Below are positions 16,574 through 26,552 of a DNA stretch of 45,044 nt, piece after piece. Under the pieces are notes generated by a model. That model was not told the DNA's origin and made no database searches. It was given only the letters and a program-made list of their open reading frames with translations. Within the stretch, counting starts at the first letter, position 1; every line of letters begins with the position of its first letter. This DNA is from a virus (taxonomy: Duplodnaviria; Caudoviricetes), in IMG/VR virus record IMGVR_UViG_3300037424_000451, positions 1 to 45,044 of that record; one strand, 5' to 3'. A program made the translations under genes and the position numbers.

Positions 16574-16671
16574 ACTCGCCTACTGGCATCTCCAAGCGGA
16601 ACCCCAACCCGGTGTCCCTCCTTCACCGGCCCCGCTTCTCCCTCCCGGATGTGTCAGCCGGGCGAGTTTTT
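16574..16671 (+). ncRNA. Candidate structured RNA/terminator with C-rich (anti-SD) loops
   Basis: Five nested helices closing on ACTCGCC/GGCGAGT followed by TTTT; loops TCCCTCCTT and CTCCCTCCC. Confidence 0.5.
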
Positions 16672-16706
16672 CATAACAACCTGAATCCGATCGGAGGATA
16701 TTGAAC

Positions 16707-17222
16707 ATGGCAACTTATGCTCTTTCAGACCAAAAAGTAGGAACAGGGGGAATCTTTTACGGCCCCCTGGCCTGCCCGTATTCCACCCTTATCGATGTCC
16801 CGACCATCCTGACGGACCTTGGCATCACGGCCTTCGGGGCCGCCGATATTCTGGAGGTCTTCGGGATTGACCAGGGATTTCTCGCCTACGGTGCCGTGGT
16901 TGACCGGATCGTGGCCGAGGGTGCCACCTGCACCATCGACGTTGGATGGGCAGGAGCTACTGACACCATTTTGGGCGCTGCGTCTGCCGCCGCCTTCCTG
17001 AATGACGTGTCAATCAACACAACGGGCCGGATCATGACCCTTACCACGGACACATATGGTGCGTCCCCGTGTCAGGGCGCTCTTTTCGAGACAAGCGGGG
17101 CCACCATGGATGTAACCTTCAATACGGCGGCAACCGAGACGGCCGTCTTCAGTCTGGCCATTCCCGGCTGGCAGACCGACTGCAAAGCGGCAATCAAGTA
17201 CCGGGCCGATAACGGCCTGTAA
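16707..17222 (+). CDS. Probable capsid decoration/cement protein
   Basis: Follows capsid gene; beta-rich A/T/G composition; GGAGG SD. Confidence 0.65.
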   Translation: MATYALSDQKVGTGGIFYGPLACPYSTLIDVPTILTDLGITAFGAADILEVFGIDQGFLAYGAVVDRIVAEGATCTIDVGWAGATDTILGAASAAAFLNDVSINTTGRIMTLTTDTYGASPCQGALFETSGATMDVTFNTAATETAVFSLAIPGWQTDCKAAIKYRADNGL

Positions 17223-17284
17223 CCCTTAACCGGGCCGGGAACGCAAACCGGCCCATAACCAAGCCCTAAAGGAGGCAGAACAGC

Positions 17285-17815
17285 ATGGAAACGAGATACC
17301 TGAGACAGATTGGAACCAACAAGGCCCCTTTCCCGTGGACCGAGGCCTTGGCGAAAAGAAAAGACATGGTGCCCTACAGCCCAAAGGAGGCCAAAATCAG
17401 AATTGAGGCTAACCGGCGCATGGTCGAGGAAATGAAGGAAGGGAAGAAGATGGACCCTGTTGCTAAGGCTGAAGCAAAGGCCCAGGCCGAAGAAATTGCG
17501 AAGACGGTCAAGGAACTGGCGGCAACTGAGCAAGAGATCGAGGACATGAAATTCAACCTCGAAGAGGTCCCCAAGGATACCGACTCTCCGGCCGTCAAGA
17601 CCAAGCGGGAACACCAGATGGAGAATGACCGGGATCTTGCCAAAATCAGGGCCATGACCCGGAAGGCCCATGTCGAGGAGTACCTGGCCCAGAAGTACGG
17701 GCGCGAGTTCGACTCCGTTGAGATCACCACCACGAGCCTAAAGGACCTGAAGGACATTGCCATCAAGGCCCGGATCGGGACGCTTTACGAGGTGCCCGAC
17801 GATAAGCTGAAGTAA
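17285..17815 (+). CDS. Hypothetical virion-morphogenesis protein
   Basis: AAGGAGG SD; charged helical protein. Confidence 0.7.
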   Translation: METRYLRQIGTNKAPFPWTEALAKRKDMVPYSPKEAKIRIEANRRMVEEMKEGKKMDPVAKAEAKAQAEEIAKTVKELAATEQEIEDMKFNLEEVPKDTDSPAVKTKREHQMENDRDLAKIRAMTRKAHVEEYLAQKYGREFDSVEITTTSLKDLKDIAIKARIGTLYEVPDDKLK

Positions 17816-17827
17816 TATGGAGCCATC

Positions 17828-18496
17828 ATGACCACAGCTCTGAGTGACTTTGAACGCGAGATAACGCCCTTCATCCATGGGGTCCCGCGCCCTTCCGTTG
17901 AGCGGGCCGTGCTGGATGCTGTCCAGAAGTTCTGCAACGACACGCTTCTGTATAGCCAGGAACTCACGGCCATCACGGTTGTTGCGGACACAGCCAACTA
18001 CACGCTTTCGGCTCCAGCCGATACTAAGTTCGTCCGGGTCATGAATGTCAAGTACAAGACGAACGGTGCGGACAATGACGAGTTCTATGACCTACGGGAA
18101 ATGAGCGACTTTGAGTATCAGCAGTATCGTCATGGTCCGTGGAAGTACCATGAGGCTGAAACACCGTCAAAGTTCTGGGTGACAGAGGCCTTCGTTCTCT
18201 ATCTGTACCCGATCCCGACTGAGGGAAGCACATCGGGGCTCCTGGTGGAAGCGGCCCTGAAGCCGGACGATGAGCCTACGACCGTTCCGGACTTCCTGCT
18301 TATCAACTGGCGGAAGGAGATCGGGAGGGGCGCGTTGGCTCATCTGTTCGCTCAGAAGGCTCAGTCCTGGTATGACCCAAAATCCGCGCTGGAGTATGAG
18401 GCGAGGTTCAAGCGGGACATCGGGACGGCCCGGTGGGTCCGGATCACGGGCAAGACCATGCTGCAACCGAAGATCAGAATTCCGTTTTTCGCATGA
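17828..18496 (+). CDS. Head-tail adaptor (tail tubular protein A-like)
   Basis: A...FC..T..Y, YTLS, LYLYPIP motifs; position. Confidence 0.75.
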   Translation: MTTALSDFEREITPFIHGVPRPSVERAVLDAVQKFCNDTLLYSQELTAITVVADTANYTLSAPADTKFVRVMNVKYKTNGADNDEFYDLREMSDFEYQQYRHGPWKYHEAETPSKFWVTEAFVLYLYPIPTEGSTSGLLVEAALKPDDEPTTVPDFLLINWRKEIGRGALAHLFAQKAQSWYDPKSALEYEARFKRDIGTARWVRITGKTMLQPKIRIPFFA

Positions 18497-18504
18497 GGTA
18501 GGGA

Positions 18505-19191
18505 ATGGGCACTATCCTGGCATCAGCCATCACTCTAAAGGCTTCCATAATCCTGCATGACCAGGCGGGATCTGGAACGACGAGCGGAACCAAGTGGGTC
18601 TTGGCAACAGAGCTTTTCGGTTACGTCAATTCGGCACAGAGGGCTATCTGTCGCCTTGTGCCATCGGCCTACGTCCTGAGTGCGTCAACGATTCTGATAG
18701 CAGGATGCAAACAGGCGGTGGCGGCTGGAACAACCCAGATCATCGACATCCCGCGCAACATGGGAGTAAGTCCAGGGTCAACTCCTGGCAGGGCCATCAC
18801 TCGTGTAAGGAAAGCCGACATGGATCGGGCCAACCCCAACTGGATGACCGATACGGCTGCGGCAACTGTTCTTAACTGGATGTACGACCTTGCTTCTCCC
18901 CTGATTTTCTACGTCTATCCCCCGCAACCGTCCAGTGGATTTGGGTACGTGGAGATTGAACGGGCGGCGGCGCCTGCTGACATTGCAACACATGGGACCG
19001 CCATCACATTGGGGGACGAGTGGGAGCAGGCCATTCTTGATGCGGTTCTCCATTACTCATACCTGAAAGATTCGGGTCACACGCCGAACGCGGTCATGAG
19101 GGCTGACCAGCACTTGAAGTCTTTCATGTCACTTTTGGGCATTACGGACAAGGCTCAGGCCCAGACGGCCTTGAAACAGGCGGCAGAATGA
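18505..19191 (+). CDS. Second adaptor-like protein (DUF6682-like)
   Basis: W...ELFGYVNSAQRAI, LIAGCKQ, IPRN, FYVYPP, AILD.VLH..Y.KD motifs. Confidence 0.7.
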   Translation: MGTILASAITLKASIILHDQAGSGTTSGTKWVLATELFGYVNSAQRAICRLVPSAYVLSASTILIAGCKQAVAAGTTQIIDIPRNMGVSPGSTPGRAITRVRKADMDRANPNWMTDTAAATVLNWMYDLASPLIFYVYPPQPSSGFGYVEIERAAAPADIATHGTAITLGDEWEQAILDAVLHYSYLKDSGHTPNAVMRADQHLKSFMSLLGITDKAQAQTALKQAAE

Positions 19192-21650
19192 AGATAGAGA
19201 TCAATGCACCTAGGGGCATCATGCCTAAACTGAGTGCCAAGAAGCTCCCGGACCAGAACGCCCAGACGGCCCAGAACTGTGATTTGTCAGGTGGGACCAT
19301 CAAGCCCCTGAAGGATAATTCCAACATCTTGAGCCTTGGGACCGGAACGGCCTGGAGGTCATTCTACAAGTGGAATGCCAAATATCTCTACTGGACCGAC
19401 GCCGATATTGACGTGGTGGAGATCCAGGAAGTCAGCTCGGATCGCCGGATCGCCTACACGGGGGATTCAAGCCCGAAGCAACTCAAGTATGCCGACAAGA
19501 CCGGGAATGGGACACCTGCTGTCACGGAATACCGCGCCCTTGGCCTTCAGGCTCCATTGGGACGCCCCACCGCGCAGCTTTGGAAAACATGGCTCAATGA
19601 CCCCCTATGGGCAACCGATATTCATTATAATCAGGGGGATTTCGTCCGGGTCGCCATGGGGGATGTTCCGCTCCAGTGTGTCCTAGCCCACACGTCACCC
19701 CTGAGCGCAACGGTAGCGGCCTATAACCTGAATGAACTCATAACCCACATCTACACCTACTGGTCCATTGCTGAGACCGCTTCATCAAATTGGGCTCAGA
19801 GCACGGCCTACGCGGTAGGGGATAAGATTCTGCTCGCCGGGACATCCCTCTATCTGGTCTTTAAATGCTCCAAATCGCATCTTTCCGAGACAGCGAATAA
19901 GCCTGGCGTAGGGGATAGGTGGAATAGCTTCTGGGAGTTCTCGGTTGATGGGAAATTCATCGACACGGTTTCCTACATTTTCACCTACGTAACCGATTGG
20001 GGGGAAGAGTCGGCCCCATCTCTGCCGACTCCCCTCATGGACATCTATGAACGGAACTTGGTCCAGCTTACCGGATTTGAGTATATGTACGGCCCTGGTA
20101 CGGTTGCGGTGGCCGGTGGAGCACTCACGACCGTTGTCGGAACAGGAACAACTTTTCTGACAACGTGTGATGCCGGTGACTGGATTCTGGTAGGGACCCA
20201 ACTCAGGATTATCTCCGAGATTGCGTCCGATACCTCTATGACGGTCACTCAGGCTTTCGATGCAGCAATCACGGCAGGAGCAGCCTACTCTGTCTATCCT
20301 GGCCATCTGAAGTATATCCGGGTCTACCGCCTGTCTAGTGGGAGTGAAACGAGTCAGTATCAGCTTGTCCCGTATTGGGGGGAACCTGCCTTATGGGTAA
20401 CGGCGACTCGTTATTATGACGGACAGGTAGTGAGAAAGGCCGACCCTGCCAGTCCAGCCGGGGCCGTGTTCGCGTGGTATATAATCTATGAGGCCAAGAG
20501 CGACCATGTTTCGGCTGCAACTTCAGAACCGGGAGTTGGAGCAACCTGGGCAACATTTTGGGAATTGAAGACGGATTACAAGCACTTCTTCCAGTATGAA
20601 CTCGGGATGGACATCAGTATGATCGTTCCGGGATATTGGGACGCAGCCGTTGAGATAGACGGTTCCGATATATCGACCCCCTACAGCATCAATATGGCCA
20701 CTCAGGGCAGCATCCAGACGGAAGGGTTTGACGACCCCCCTGATGCCCTGGCGGGCCTTGTCGAGATGACCCCTGGAGTGCTGGCTGGCTTCGTCGGGAA
20801 CACGGTTTATTTTACAGAGCCCTTCATGCCGTATGCCTGGCCTCAGACGGCACCACGGGATTACACCGTGAAGCTCCGGGCCGATGTAGTAGGGCTTGGG
20901 TCCTACAATCATGCCCTTATCGCCATCACGACCGAAAAGCCTATCATTCTGACAGGTCTTCCAGGCAAAATGGGAGAACCCGTAACCATCAATGACCCGA
21001 AGGCCGGGACCAACCGACGCAACATCGTTTCGACCACGAACGGCGTCATGTACGCGGCCAAGGATGGGATCTACCGTGTAACGGATACGTCTGGAACACT
21101 CCTGACAGGAGATTACTTCACGAGGGCTATATTTGGCGCCTTATCGTTGGCGAATACCTCGGCCCTTTTCTATGACGACAAGTACATTCTGTTTTTCTCG
21201 AACTCCAACACGGCCTACATTTTCGACTTCATTAACGGAAACGTGGTGACGCTGGTCCTGGCCACAGGTTCGGTCGTGTACGCAACCCAGATGGCGGAAA
21301 GCAGCCAGCCGCTTTTCCTTCAGGCCCTGTCGGATGGCAATTATCACATTCGGGAGCTTTTCGGATCGGCCACAAACCTTACGGCAACATGGAAATCCAA
21401 GATCTTCGTCCACAAGGAAACGGCTCTGGCGAGGTTCCAGGTCCTCGGGGAGCAGAGCGGGAGTTACCCTGTCACCTTTACGCTTTCGGCCAATGGATCA
21501 ACGAAAGTGAACGGTGTCAGCGTGACGGATGAGGACGTGTGGCCGGTCGGTGACGGGACGTGGCATGAAACCGAAATGCAGGTTTCGGCATCCATCGAGA
21601 TTGCGGCCTTTGCGGTCGCAAGTTCTTCAGACGAATTGATAGGGGAGTAG
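19188..21650 (+). CDS. Tail nozzle/stabilisation protein (tail tubular B-like) with inserted CBM5/12-like modules
   Basis: GIMPKLS...LP...AQTAQNC, YIFTYVTDWGEESAPS, IRVYR, FTEPFMPYAWP motifs. Confidence 0.8.
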   Translation: MKIEINAPRGIMPKLSAKKLPDQNAQTAQNCDLSGGTIKPLKDNSNILSLGTGTAWRSFYKWNAKYLYWTDADIDVVEIQEVSSDRRIAYTGDSSPKQLKYADKTGNGTPAVTEYRALGLQAPLGRPTAQLWKTWLNDPLWATDIHYNQGDFVRVAMGDVPLQCVLAHTSPLSATVAAYNLNELITHIYTYWSIAETASSNWAQSTAYAVGDKILLAGTSLYLVFKCSKSHLSETANKPGVGDRWNSFWEFSVDGKFIDTVSYIFTYVTDWGEESAPSLPTPLMDIYERNLVQLTGFEYMYGPGTVAVAGGALTTVVGTGTTFLTTCDAGDWILVGTQLRIISEIASDTSMTVTQAFDAAITAGAAYSVYPGHLKYIRVYRLSSGSETSQYQLVPYWGEPALWVTATRYYDGQVVRKADPASPAGAVFAWYIIYEAKSDHVSAATSEPGVGATWATFWELKTDYKHFFQYELGMDISMIVPGYWDAAVEIDGSDISTPYSINMATQGSIQTEGFDDPPDALAGLVEMTPGVLAGFVGNTVYFTEPFMPYAWPQTAPRDYTVKLRADVVGLGSYNHALIAITTEKPIILTGLPGKMGEPVTINDPKAGTNRRNIVSTTNGVMYAAKDGIYRVTDTSGTLLTGDYFTRAIFGALSLANTSALFYDDKYILFFSNSNTAYIFDFINGNVVTLVLATGSVVYATQMAESSQPLFLQALSDGNYHIRELFGSATNLTATWKSKIFVHKETALARFQVLGEQSGSYPVTFTLSANGSTKVNGVSVTDEDVWPVGDGTWHETEMQVSASIEIAAFAVASSSDELIGE

Positions 21651-21651
21651 C

Positions 21652-23745
21652 GTGGGCTTTATCGTTCCAGCCATACCGGGAGTACCGCAATCATGGGATA
21701 AAGACGCTCAGGCATTTGGGTGGGCGGTCAAGTATGACCTGGATGTCCGGGAAGGCCGGATGGGGGATGAGCATCGATTTGTAACGGTAGGGGAACTGGA
21801 TGAGCAAATCAACCGCGTCTACAAGTCCGCCAAGGGTCAGAACTTCATTGAGAAGGTGTCGAACTTTCTGGGCAGCGGAGATGCTGACATCATCCTGAGT
21901 GATGTGAATGGGGATGGCCTCCTGAAAATTGAGGCTGATGGGTTGATCTGGGTTGACACAACGGCTGTCGGGAGCGGGTTTGCGGTCGGGACATACGAGG
22001 GCGGGGCCAAAAACGGATGGCTTATGTATAACGCGGGGCTTTTCTCATGGTCCGGCAACACTGAGCTTCATGCCTTCATCCTGGATACCATCACATGGCA
22101 GGGAATCAGTGCGGGAACGGGCGATGCCTTCATTGGGGATTATACCAACGGGGCAGGGCTATGGTTCGACAAGGCTCCTACCCCGATTCTTCATATCGCC
22201 GGGGATCTTGCGCTTGAGTCTATTCCAGGCTTCCCGTCGAATCAACTTCTTACATTGGACGTTGAATTTACCGAGGGTTACGGGACAATCGTCCATGACG
22301 GAAGTAAGTCCAGAGTAACGGGAACAGCTTCCGGAGCCCCTGCGTGGGCAAACCACGGATTTATTGGAAAAACCCTTGGTTTTGTGTCGGCCAGTAGCCA
22401 GTTTGTAACATTTCCGCACAAGGTAAACGCATGGGATATTCTTGGGTCTGGCAACCGGAACATGGCCTGGAAGATCCCGATTTGGATCGCGTCCTACCCT
22501 GCTTCGGCTCAAGTTGTTTGGAGCAAAGGCCGGGCTAATGTCGCGGGTTGGTATGTTCTTCTGAATACAGACGGGAGATTGCAACTAAGGATCAACAAGT
22601 CTGGCTCTCAAACTATCTGCGCTACAACCGATCCAATTCCAACCGGCCAATGGGTTTACGTGTTGTTTTGCTACACCTATGGAGCATCTGATAGCGGACT
22701 TATCAATTTGTGGATAAATGCGGAAGAAGACACAGCGGCGGCCAAGACCAGCGTGGTGACGATGGTTTCTGGATCTGCCTATGATATGTATTTCGGTTGC
22801 TATGACGGATCAACCTACTTTTTCGACGGCTGGATTCAGGGGGCGAAACTGTGGAACGGGTTAGCAGCAGTCTTGACAGCCAATGAAGTCAAAGCCCTCT
22901 ACAAGTACGCCCAGGGTGCAAGGGGCGGGCAACTCACGGCAAGATCCGTCATGGTTGGAACTGTATCGACTACAACTGGATTCATAATCAATGATACGGG
23001 AATCTGGTCCTATATCGGCGGGATTCAGGCGAAAGGTGTCTCGCTTGCAAACGACATCGCGTGGCAACGAACTGATGATGGGTCGTTGGTTGAGCCCATT
23101 GATGCGGCTTTCGAGCTTGACCTTGGGGATGAGGTGTTTGGAGGGTACAATTACCAGTACCCGTCAACAGGGGAAGATTATGGAGGGATTCTTTATGATT
23201 TGAGTGCTAGGACCTTTACGGTACGAGGGGCTCTTGTAACTAGCGCCATCGTTCCCGCTGGGGGATACTTTGAGTACAACGCCAACATCGTTTTTCCAGA
23301 TCAGGGTGGCTCGAATTTCGGAATTGCCTTCACAGACGGGAGTGGGGATCAAATTGGCGTCATAGGTTGCGATAGTACAAATTGGCTTTCGACTGGTTGG
23401 GATGGAATGGCGATAGCAACGCTTGGAATTCCTTCTGTAAATTACGACCTGATATTTTGCTCTCGTCTTGGATCGGATTCTTATGCAGAGGATGGGGCTT
23501 GCTACGTTTTTCATTCTCCTTACGCGACTACAGGAACAAAAGAGGCTTTCATACTTCCTTCAATAGACTCAGCGCGTGATGGAACAAAGATTTACGGCGT
23601 TCATCTTGGGGCACAGAATTACAAGTTTCTTGGTCTTTGGGTGCGGGACGGTGGCAAGGTTGAAATTGGCGATGCCACATATCCATTTGTAATTAATATC
23701 TGGAATGGTGCAAGTTATGACGCTTCTGATGCCTATATCAGTTAA
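21652..23745 (+). CDS. Tail fibre/tip protein with LamG (concanavalin-like) domain
   Basis: N-terminal PAIP..LDVREG..RFVT..EL anchor; EGYGTIVHDGS, GQWVYV, FFDGWI..LWN..LTANEVKALY LamG motifs. Confidence 0.75.
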   Translation: MGFIVPAIPGVPQSWDKDAQAFGWAVKYDLDVREGRMGDEHRFVTVGELDEQINRVYKSAKGQNFIEKVSNFLGSGDADIILSDVNGDGLLKIEADGLIWVDTTAVGSGFAVGTYEGGAKNGWLMYNAGLFSWSGNTELHAFILDTITWQGISAGTGDAFIGDYTNGAGLWFDKAPTPILHIAGDLALESIPGFPSNQLLTLDVEFTEGYGTIVHDGSKSRVTGTASGAPAWANHGFIGKTLGFVSASSQFVTFPHKVNAWDILGSGNRNMAWKIPIWIASYPASAQVVWSKGRANVAGWYVLLNTDGRLQLRINKSGSQTICATTDPIPTGQWVYVLFCYTYGASDSGLINLWINAEEDTAAAKTSVVTMVSGSAYDMYFGCYDGSTYFFDGWIQGAKLWNGLAAVLTANEVKALYKYAQGARGGQLTARSVMVGTVSTTTGFIINDTGIWSYIGGIQAKGVSLANDIAWQRTDDGSLVEPIDAAFELDLGDEVFGGYNYQYPSTGEDYGGILYDLSARTFTVRGALVTSAIVPAGGYFEYNANIVFPDQGGSNFGIAFTDGSGDQIGVIGCDSTNWLSTGWDGMAIATLGIPSVNYDLIFCSRLGSDSYAEDGACYVFHSPYATTGTKEAFILPSIDSARDGTKIYGVHLGAQNYKFLGLWVRDGGKVEIGDATYPFVINIWNGASYDASDAYIS

Positions 23746-23756
23746 GGGAGGACATT

Positions 23757-24080
23757 GTGGCGATTGAGAAATCAGAAATAAAACTTCGGAAATTCTTTTT
23801 AGATGTAGGGGCCAAGGAGGTCTATATCGAGTTGGCCCAGAACATCATTGAAGACGGAGTGGTGATTCAGACCTTAATCAAAAAACGGAGGGCGAGCGCA
23901 AAGCATTCCGCAGAAAAGTTTGACCAGATATTGGACCTTATTTTCCCATTGGTTCAGGGGGTCAACACGAAACAGTTTTTTCTAAGGCGTGCCAAGGAAG
24001 CGTTTGAAGAGTTGGCGGCATTGAACCCGCCGCCGATTGAACCGCCAACGGGTGGAGAAATAATAGAAGGGGGATTGTAA
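23757..24080 (+). CDS. Hypothetical protein (possible fibre chaperone)
   Basis: GGGAGG SD; follows fibre gene. Confidence 0.65.
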   Translation: MAIEKSEIKLRKFFLDVGAKEVYIELAQNIIEDGVVIQTLIKKRRASAKHSAEKFDQILDLIFPLVQGVNTKQFFLRRAKEAFEELAALNPPPIEPPTGGEIIEGGL

Positions 24081-24514
24081 TGGATAACGAGGTAGTGGTT
24101 ACAAACGCCTACATTGCCGAGATGGACAGGCGACCGGAGTTTGCGGCTTTGTTCAAAAGCAAGATAACAGATCCACAATTACGATACTGGATGGGTCGCT
24201 TTGAGGAAAAGCTATCGCAGAGGGGCCGTAATTACGAACGGACCAGGACCCAAATAATGTTCGACTTTAGCGAGAAAGACGAGAAGGGTTCCGTGGTCTA
24301 TGATGTCAGCTTAAGCTCTGAAAAGAAAGAGATAAGAACGCCTATCATCGCAGATCCTCTTACCTACAGGGTCGAACTCAACAAGCTCCTAGATATGGAA
24401 ATCCCGCTGGAAATGCCGCGTTTCAAAATAAAGGTGGCAGACCTGCCAGGTGAATGGCTACCGAACGACCTCTATATTCTTGGACCGTTCCTGGATGTTC
24501 AAGGAGTCTCATGA
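24080..24514 (+). CDS. Hypothetical protein (possible fibre chaperone)
   Basis: Coupled TAATG start; helical protein. Confidence 0.65.
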   Translation: MDNEVVVTNAYIAEMDRRPEFAALFKSKITDPQLRYWMGRFEEKLSQRGRNYERTRTQIMFDFSEKDEKGSVVYDVSLSSEKKEIRTPIIADPLTYRVELNKLLDMEIPLEMPRFKIKVADLPGEWLPNDLYILGPFLDVQGVS

Positions 24515-25071
24515 CCGACCGATCCACAATAGACCTCATCCCCTACTGCAACCTACCGGGCAAAGGATGGACTTTCCCGGATGATCAGGTGATTGAGTTC
24601 TACTCCCAGATGGTCAAGGACGGGACGTTTGAGACGGTCTTCTGTGACGGATCAATCCAGTCGGCGTTTGACTTCCTGGACCACATGAAGGACCCCCGTG
24701 GCCAACTGTTTCTGGTGGTGTCTGGCCACAAGCCAGTAGCCATCATCTGGCTCAATGATTTCCAGGCCCGGTGGTGTCAATTCCACTTCTGCGTCTTCAG
24801 TCATGCTTGGGGCGACGGAATAGAAGAGATCGGGCAATATGTCATCCGGCAGATTATGACGATGAAGACCAATGATGGTAGCCGGTATCTCCACGACATG
24901 ATTCTAGGGATCGTCCCACAATGGAATGAACGGGCCATAGAGTACGTGAAGGAAGTCGGGGGAAAGATAATGTGTCGTCTTCCATATGCCTGTCTGGACG
25001 GTAAGACCGGCGAGAGCATTCCGGGGGTTTTGTTTTGCGCTACTCGGGAAATATTGGGGGTAGAAGAATGA
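24511..25071 (+). CDS. GNAT-fold acetyltransferase-like protein
   Basis: FHFCVF..AWG, GIVP.WN.RAI..V...G motifs; precedes ejection genes as T7 gp13-like proteins do. Confidence 0.65.
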   Translation: MTDRSTIDLIPYCNLPGKGWTFPDDQVIEFYSQMVKDGTFETVFCDGSIQSAFDFLDHMKDPRGQLFLVVSGHKPVAIIWLNDFQARWCQFHFCVFSHAWGDGIEEIGQYVIRQIMTMKTNDGSRYLHDMILGIVPQWNERAIEYVKEVGGKIMCRLPYACLDGKTGESIPGVLFCATREILGVEE

Positions 25072-26087
25072 AGGTCTATGAACGAATTGTAATTTCGATT
25101 GCGACCGGGGCGGTCCTGGAGGAACAGTCGTTTGATTATTCCGGGCCTGTCGCCCTTTGTGGATCAGGCGGGGGAGGTGGATACGAACCTGACAAGGAAT
25201 ATAACGCCCGTATCGCAAAAATCGCTGAAAAGCAGGCCGATATCGGGACCGAGGCATGGAACTACTATCAGTACGGGGTGCCGTATAACCCCAACGAGGT
25301 AGTTCAGGGTGCCCAGACCGGAACAGAAAAGAAGTGGGTAGGTGGTGGGACTCCTACCGATGCGTCAGGCCAACCCCAATACGGCCAGGGCAATAGCGAG
25401 TGGGACCAATATTACCAGAACATGAAGGAAAAGGGGATGAGTGATTCCGACATTTTCCAGACCATCGGGGCTCCTCCTGGCTATGCCACAGACGAAAATG
25501 GGCAACTGGTTTCGACAGGGGAACAAACTGGTTCATGGCAGGATGTCCCGGTTTATGGTGGAGAGACAACCCTTGGAGCGCAGAATGGATATGACCCCAA
25601 CGCCGTCACGCCCCTCAGTTATGATCTTGCTCAGATCTCCGCTGATATGCCAAACGTCCAGGGTAGGGCAGAACTGGAAACCATGAGCCTGGAACAGGCA
25701 AAGTCCCTCATGCCTCTTGAAACGGAGCTAACCACCAAGGGCCTTGAAGCTCAGATCGGTCTTTTACCCCTCCAGGAACAATCTGCCCGTGGCTTCTACG
25801 ATGCCGCGTTGAACGGGGTCAATCCTGAAACTTGGGGATCACAGGCTCAGGTAGACGTTGAGCAGTCCTTCCAGGGTGCCAACGCCGATGCCAGGAGGGA
25901 AGCGGCTCGGATGGGGCTTAATCCACGAAGCGGGAATTATGCCAATCAGGTCCGGCAGGCTGCAATAGAGAAAGCCCGGTTGGGCGGTGGCGCTCGATCC
26001 GCTGGCCGTCGGGCAGGAGAAAACGAGAACTTCAGACGGCTCGGGCTTGCGACCCAGACCACGGCCAATTTCTACGGAGGCTACTGA
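25068..26087 (+). CDS. Internal virion/DNA ejection protein
   Basis: N-terminal KVY..IVI.IATG.VLEE.SFDYSGPVALCG leader; RMGLNP.SG motif; G/Q-rich. Confidence 0.7.
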   Translation: MKVYERIVISIATGAVLEEQSFDYSGPVALCGSGGGGGYEPDKEYNARIAKIAEKQADIGTEAWNYYQYGVPYNPNEVVQGAQTGTEKKWVGGGTPTDASGQPQYGQGNSEWDQYYQNMKEKGMSDSDIFQTIGAPPGYATDENGQLVSTGEQTGSWQDVPVYGGETTLGAQNGYDPNAVTPLSYDLAQISADMPNVQGRAELETMSLEQAKSLMPLETELTTKGLEAQIGLLPLQEQSARGFYDAALNGVNPETWGSQAQVDVEQSFQGANADARREAARMGLNPRSGNYANQVRQAAIEKARLGGGARSAGRRAGENENFRRLGLATQTTANFYGGY

Positions 26088-26088
26088 T

Positions 26089-26343
26089 ATGGCAAGAGGA
26101 CTTTATACCGCGCCACGACCACAAATCCGAGATTTCTTGGGGAATGCACAACAAAGCCTTCAGGCGGCCGGGAACCTTTATGGCCGGATGGACAAGGAAC
26201 AAAAATTCAATAAGCCAGATAAAACTATTGGCGGTGGAATCCAGTCTGCGGCGGGTGCTGGAGTCACTGGATATATGCTTGGTGGTCCAGCTGGAGCCGG
26301 GATCGGGTCGGCTATCGGACTTGTTTCCTATTACTTGTCATAA
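26089..26343 (+). CDS. Small ejection protein with glycine-zipper C-terminus
   Basis: GGAGG SD; GGPAGAGIGSAIG. Confidence 0.7.
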   Translation: MARGLYTAPRPQIRDFLGNAQQSLQAAGNLYGRMDKEQKFNKPDKTIGGGIQSAAGAGVTGYMLGGPAGAGIGSAIGLVSYYLS

Positions 26344-26364
26344 AATGTCAAGGGAGGATGAATT

Positions 26365-26550
26365 ATGGAGATGCACAGTTTTGAAGTAGATAATGGCGAT
26401 AAAGTAGTGGGACTTATTTTCAACGACGAAACTGCAAAGTCTTTTATTAAACATATGGAAATGGCCGTAAAGGATGTCCCAAGAGGCAAAGATGGCTGTT
26501 TTTACGTCACGTTTTTGGCTGGAAAGATTGATATGAATGTGGAGGTATAG
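26365..26550 (+). CDS. Small AT-rich accessory protein
   Basis: GGGAGG SD; 61 aa. Confidence 0.55.
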   Translation: MEMHSFEVDNGDKVVGLIFNDETAKSFIKHMEMAVKDVPRGKDGCFYVTFLAGKIDMNVEV

Positions 26551-26552
26551 CG

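Noticed and set aside
16561-16704. 47-aa SD-led ORF after the capsid gene
   Set aside because: Sequence is better explained by RNA structure and the peptide is Pro/Ser-rich without features; a leader-peptide role is not excluded
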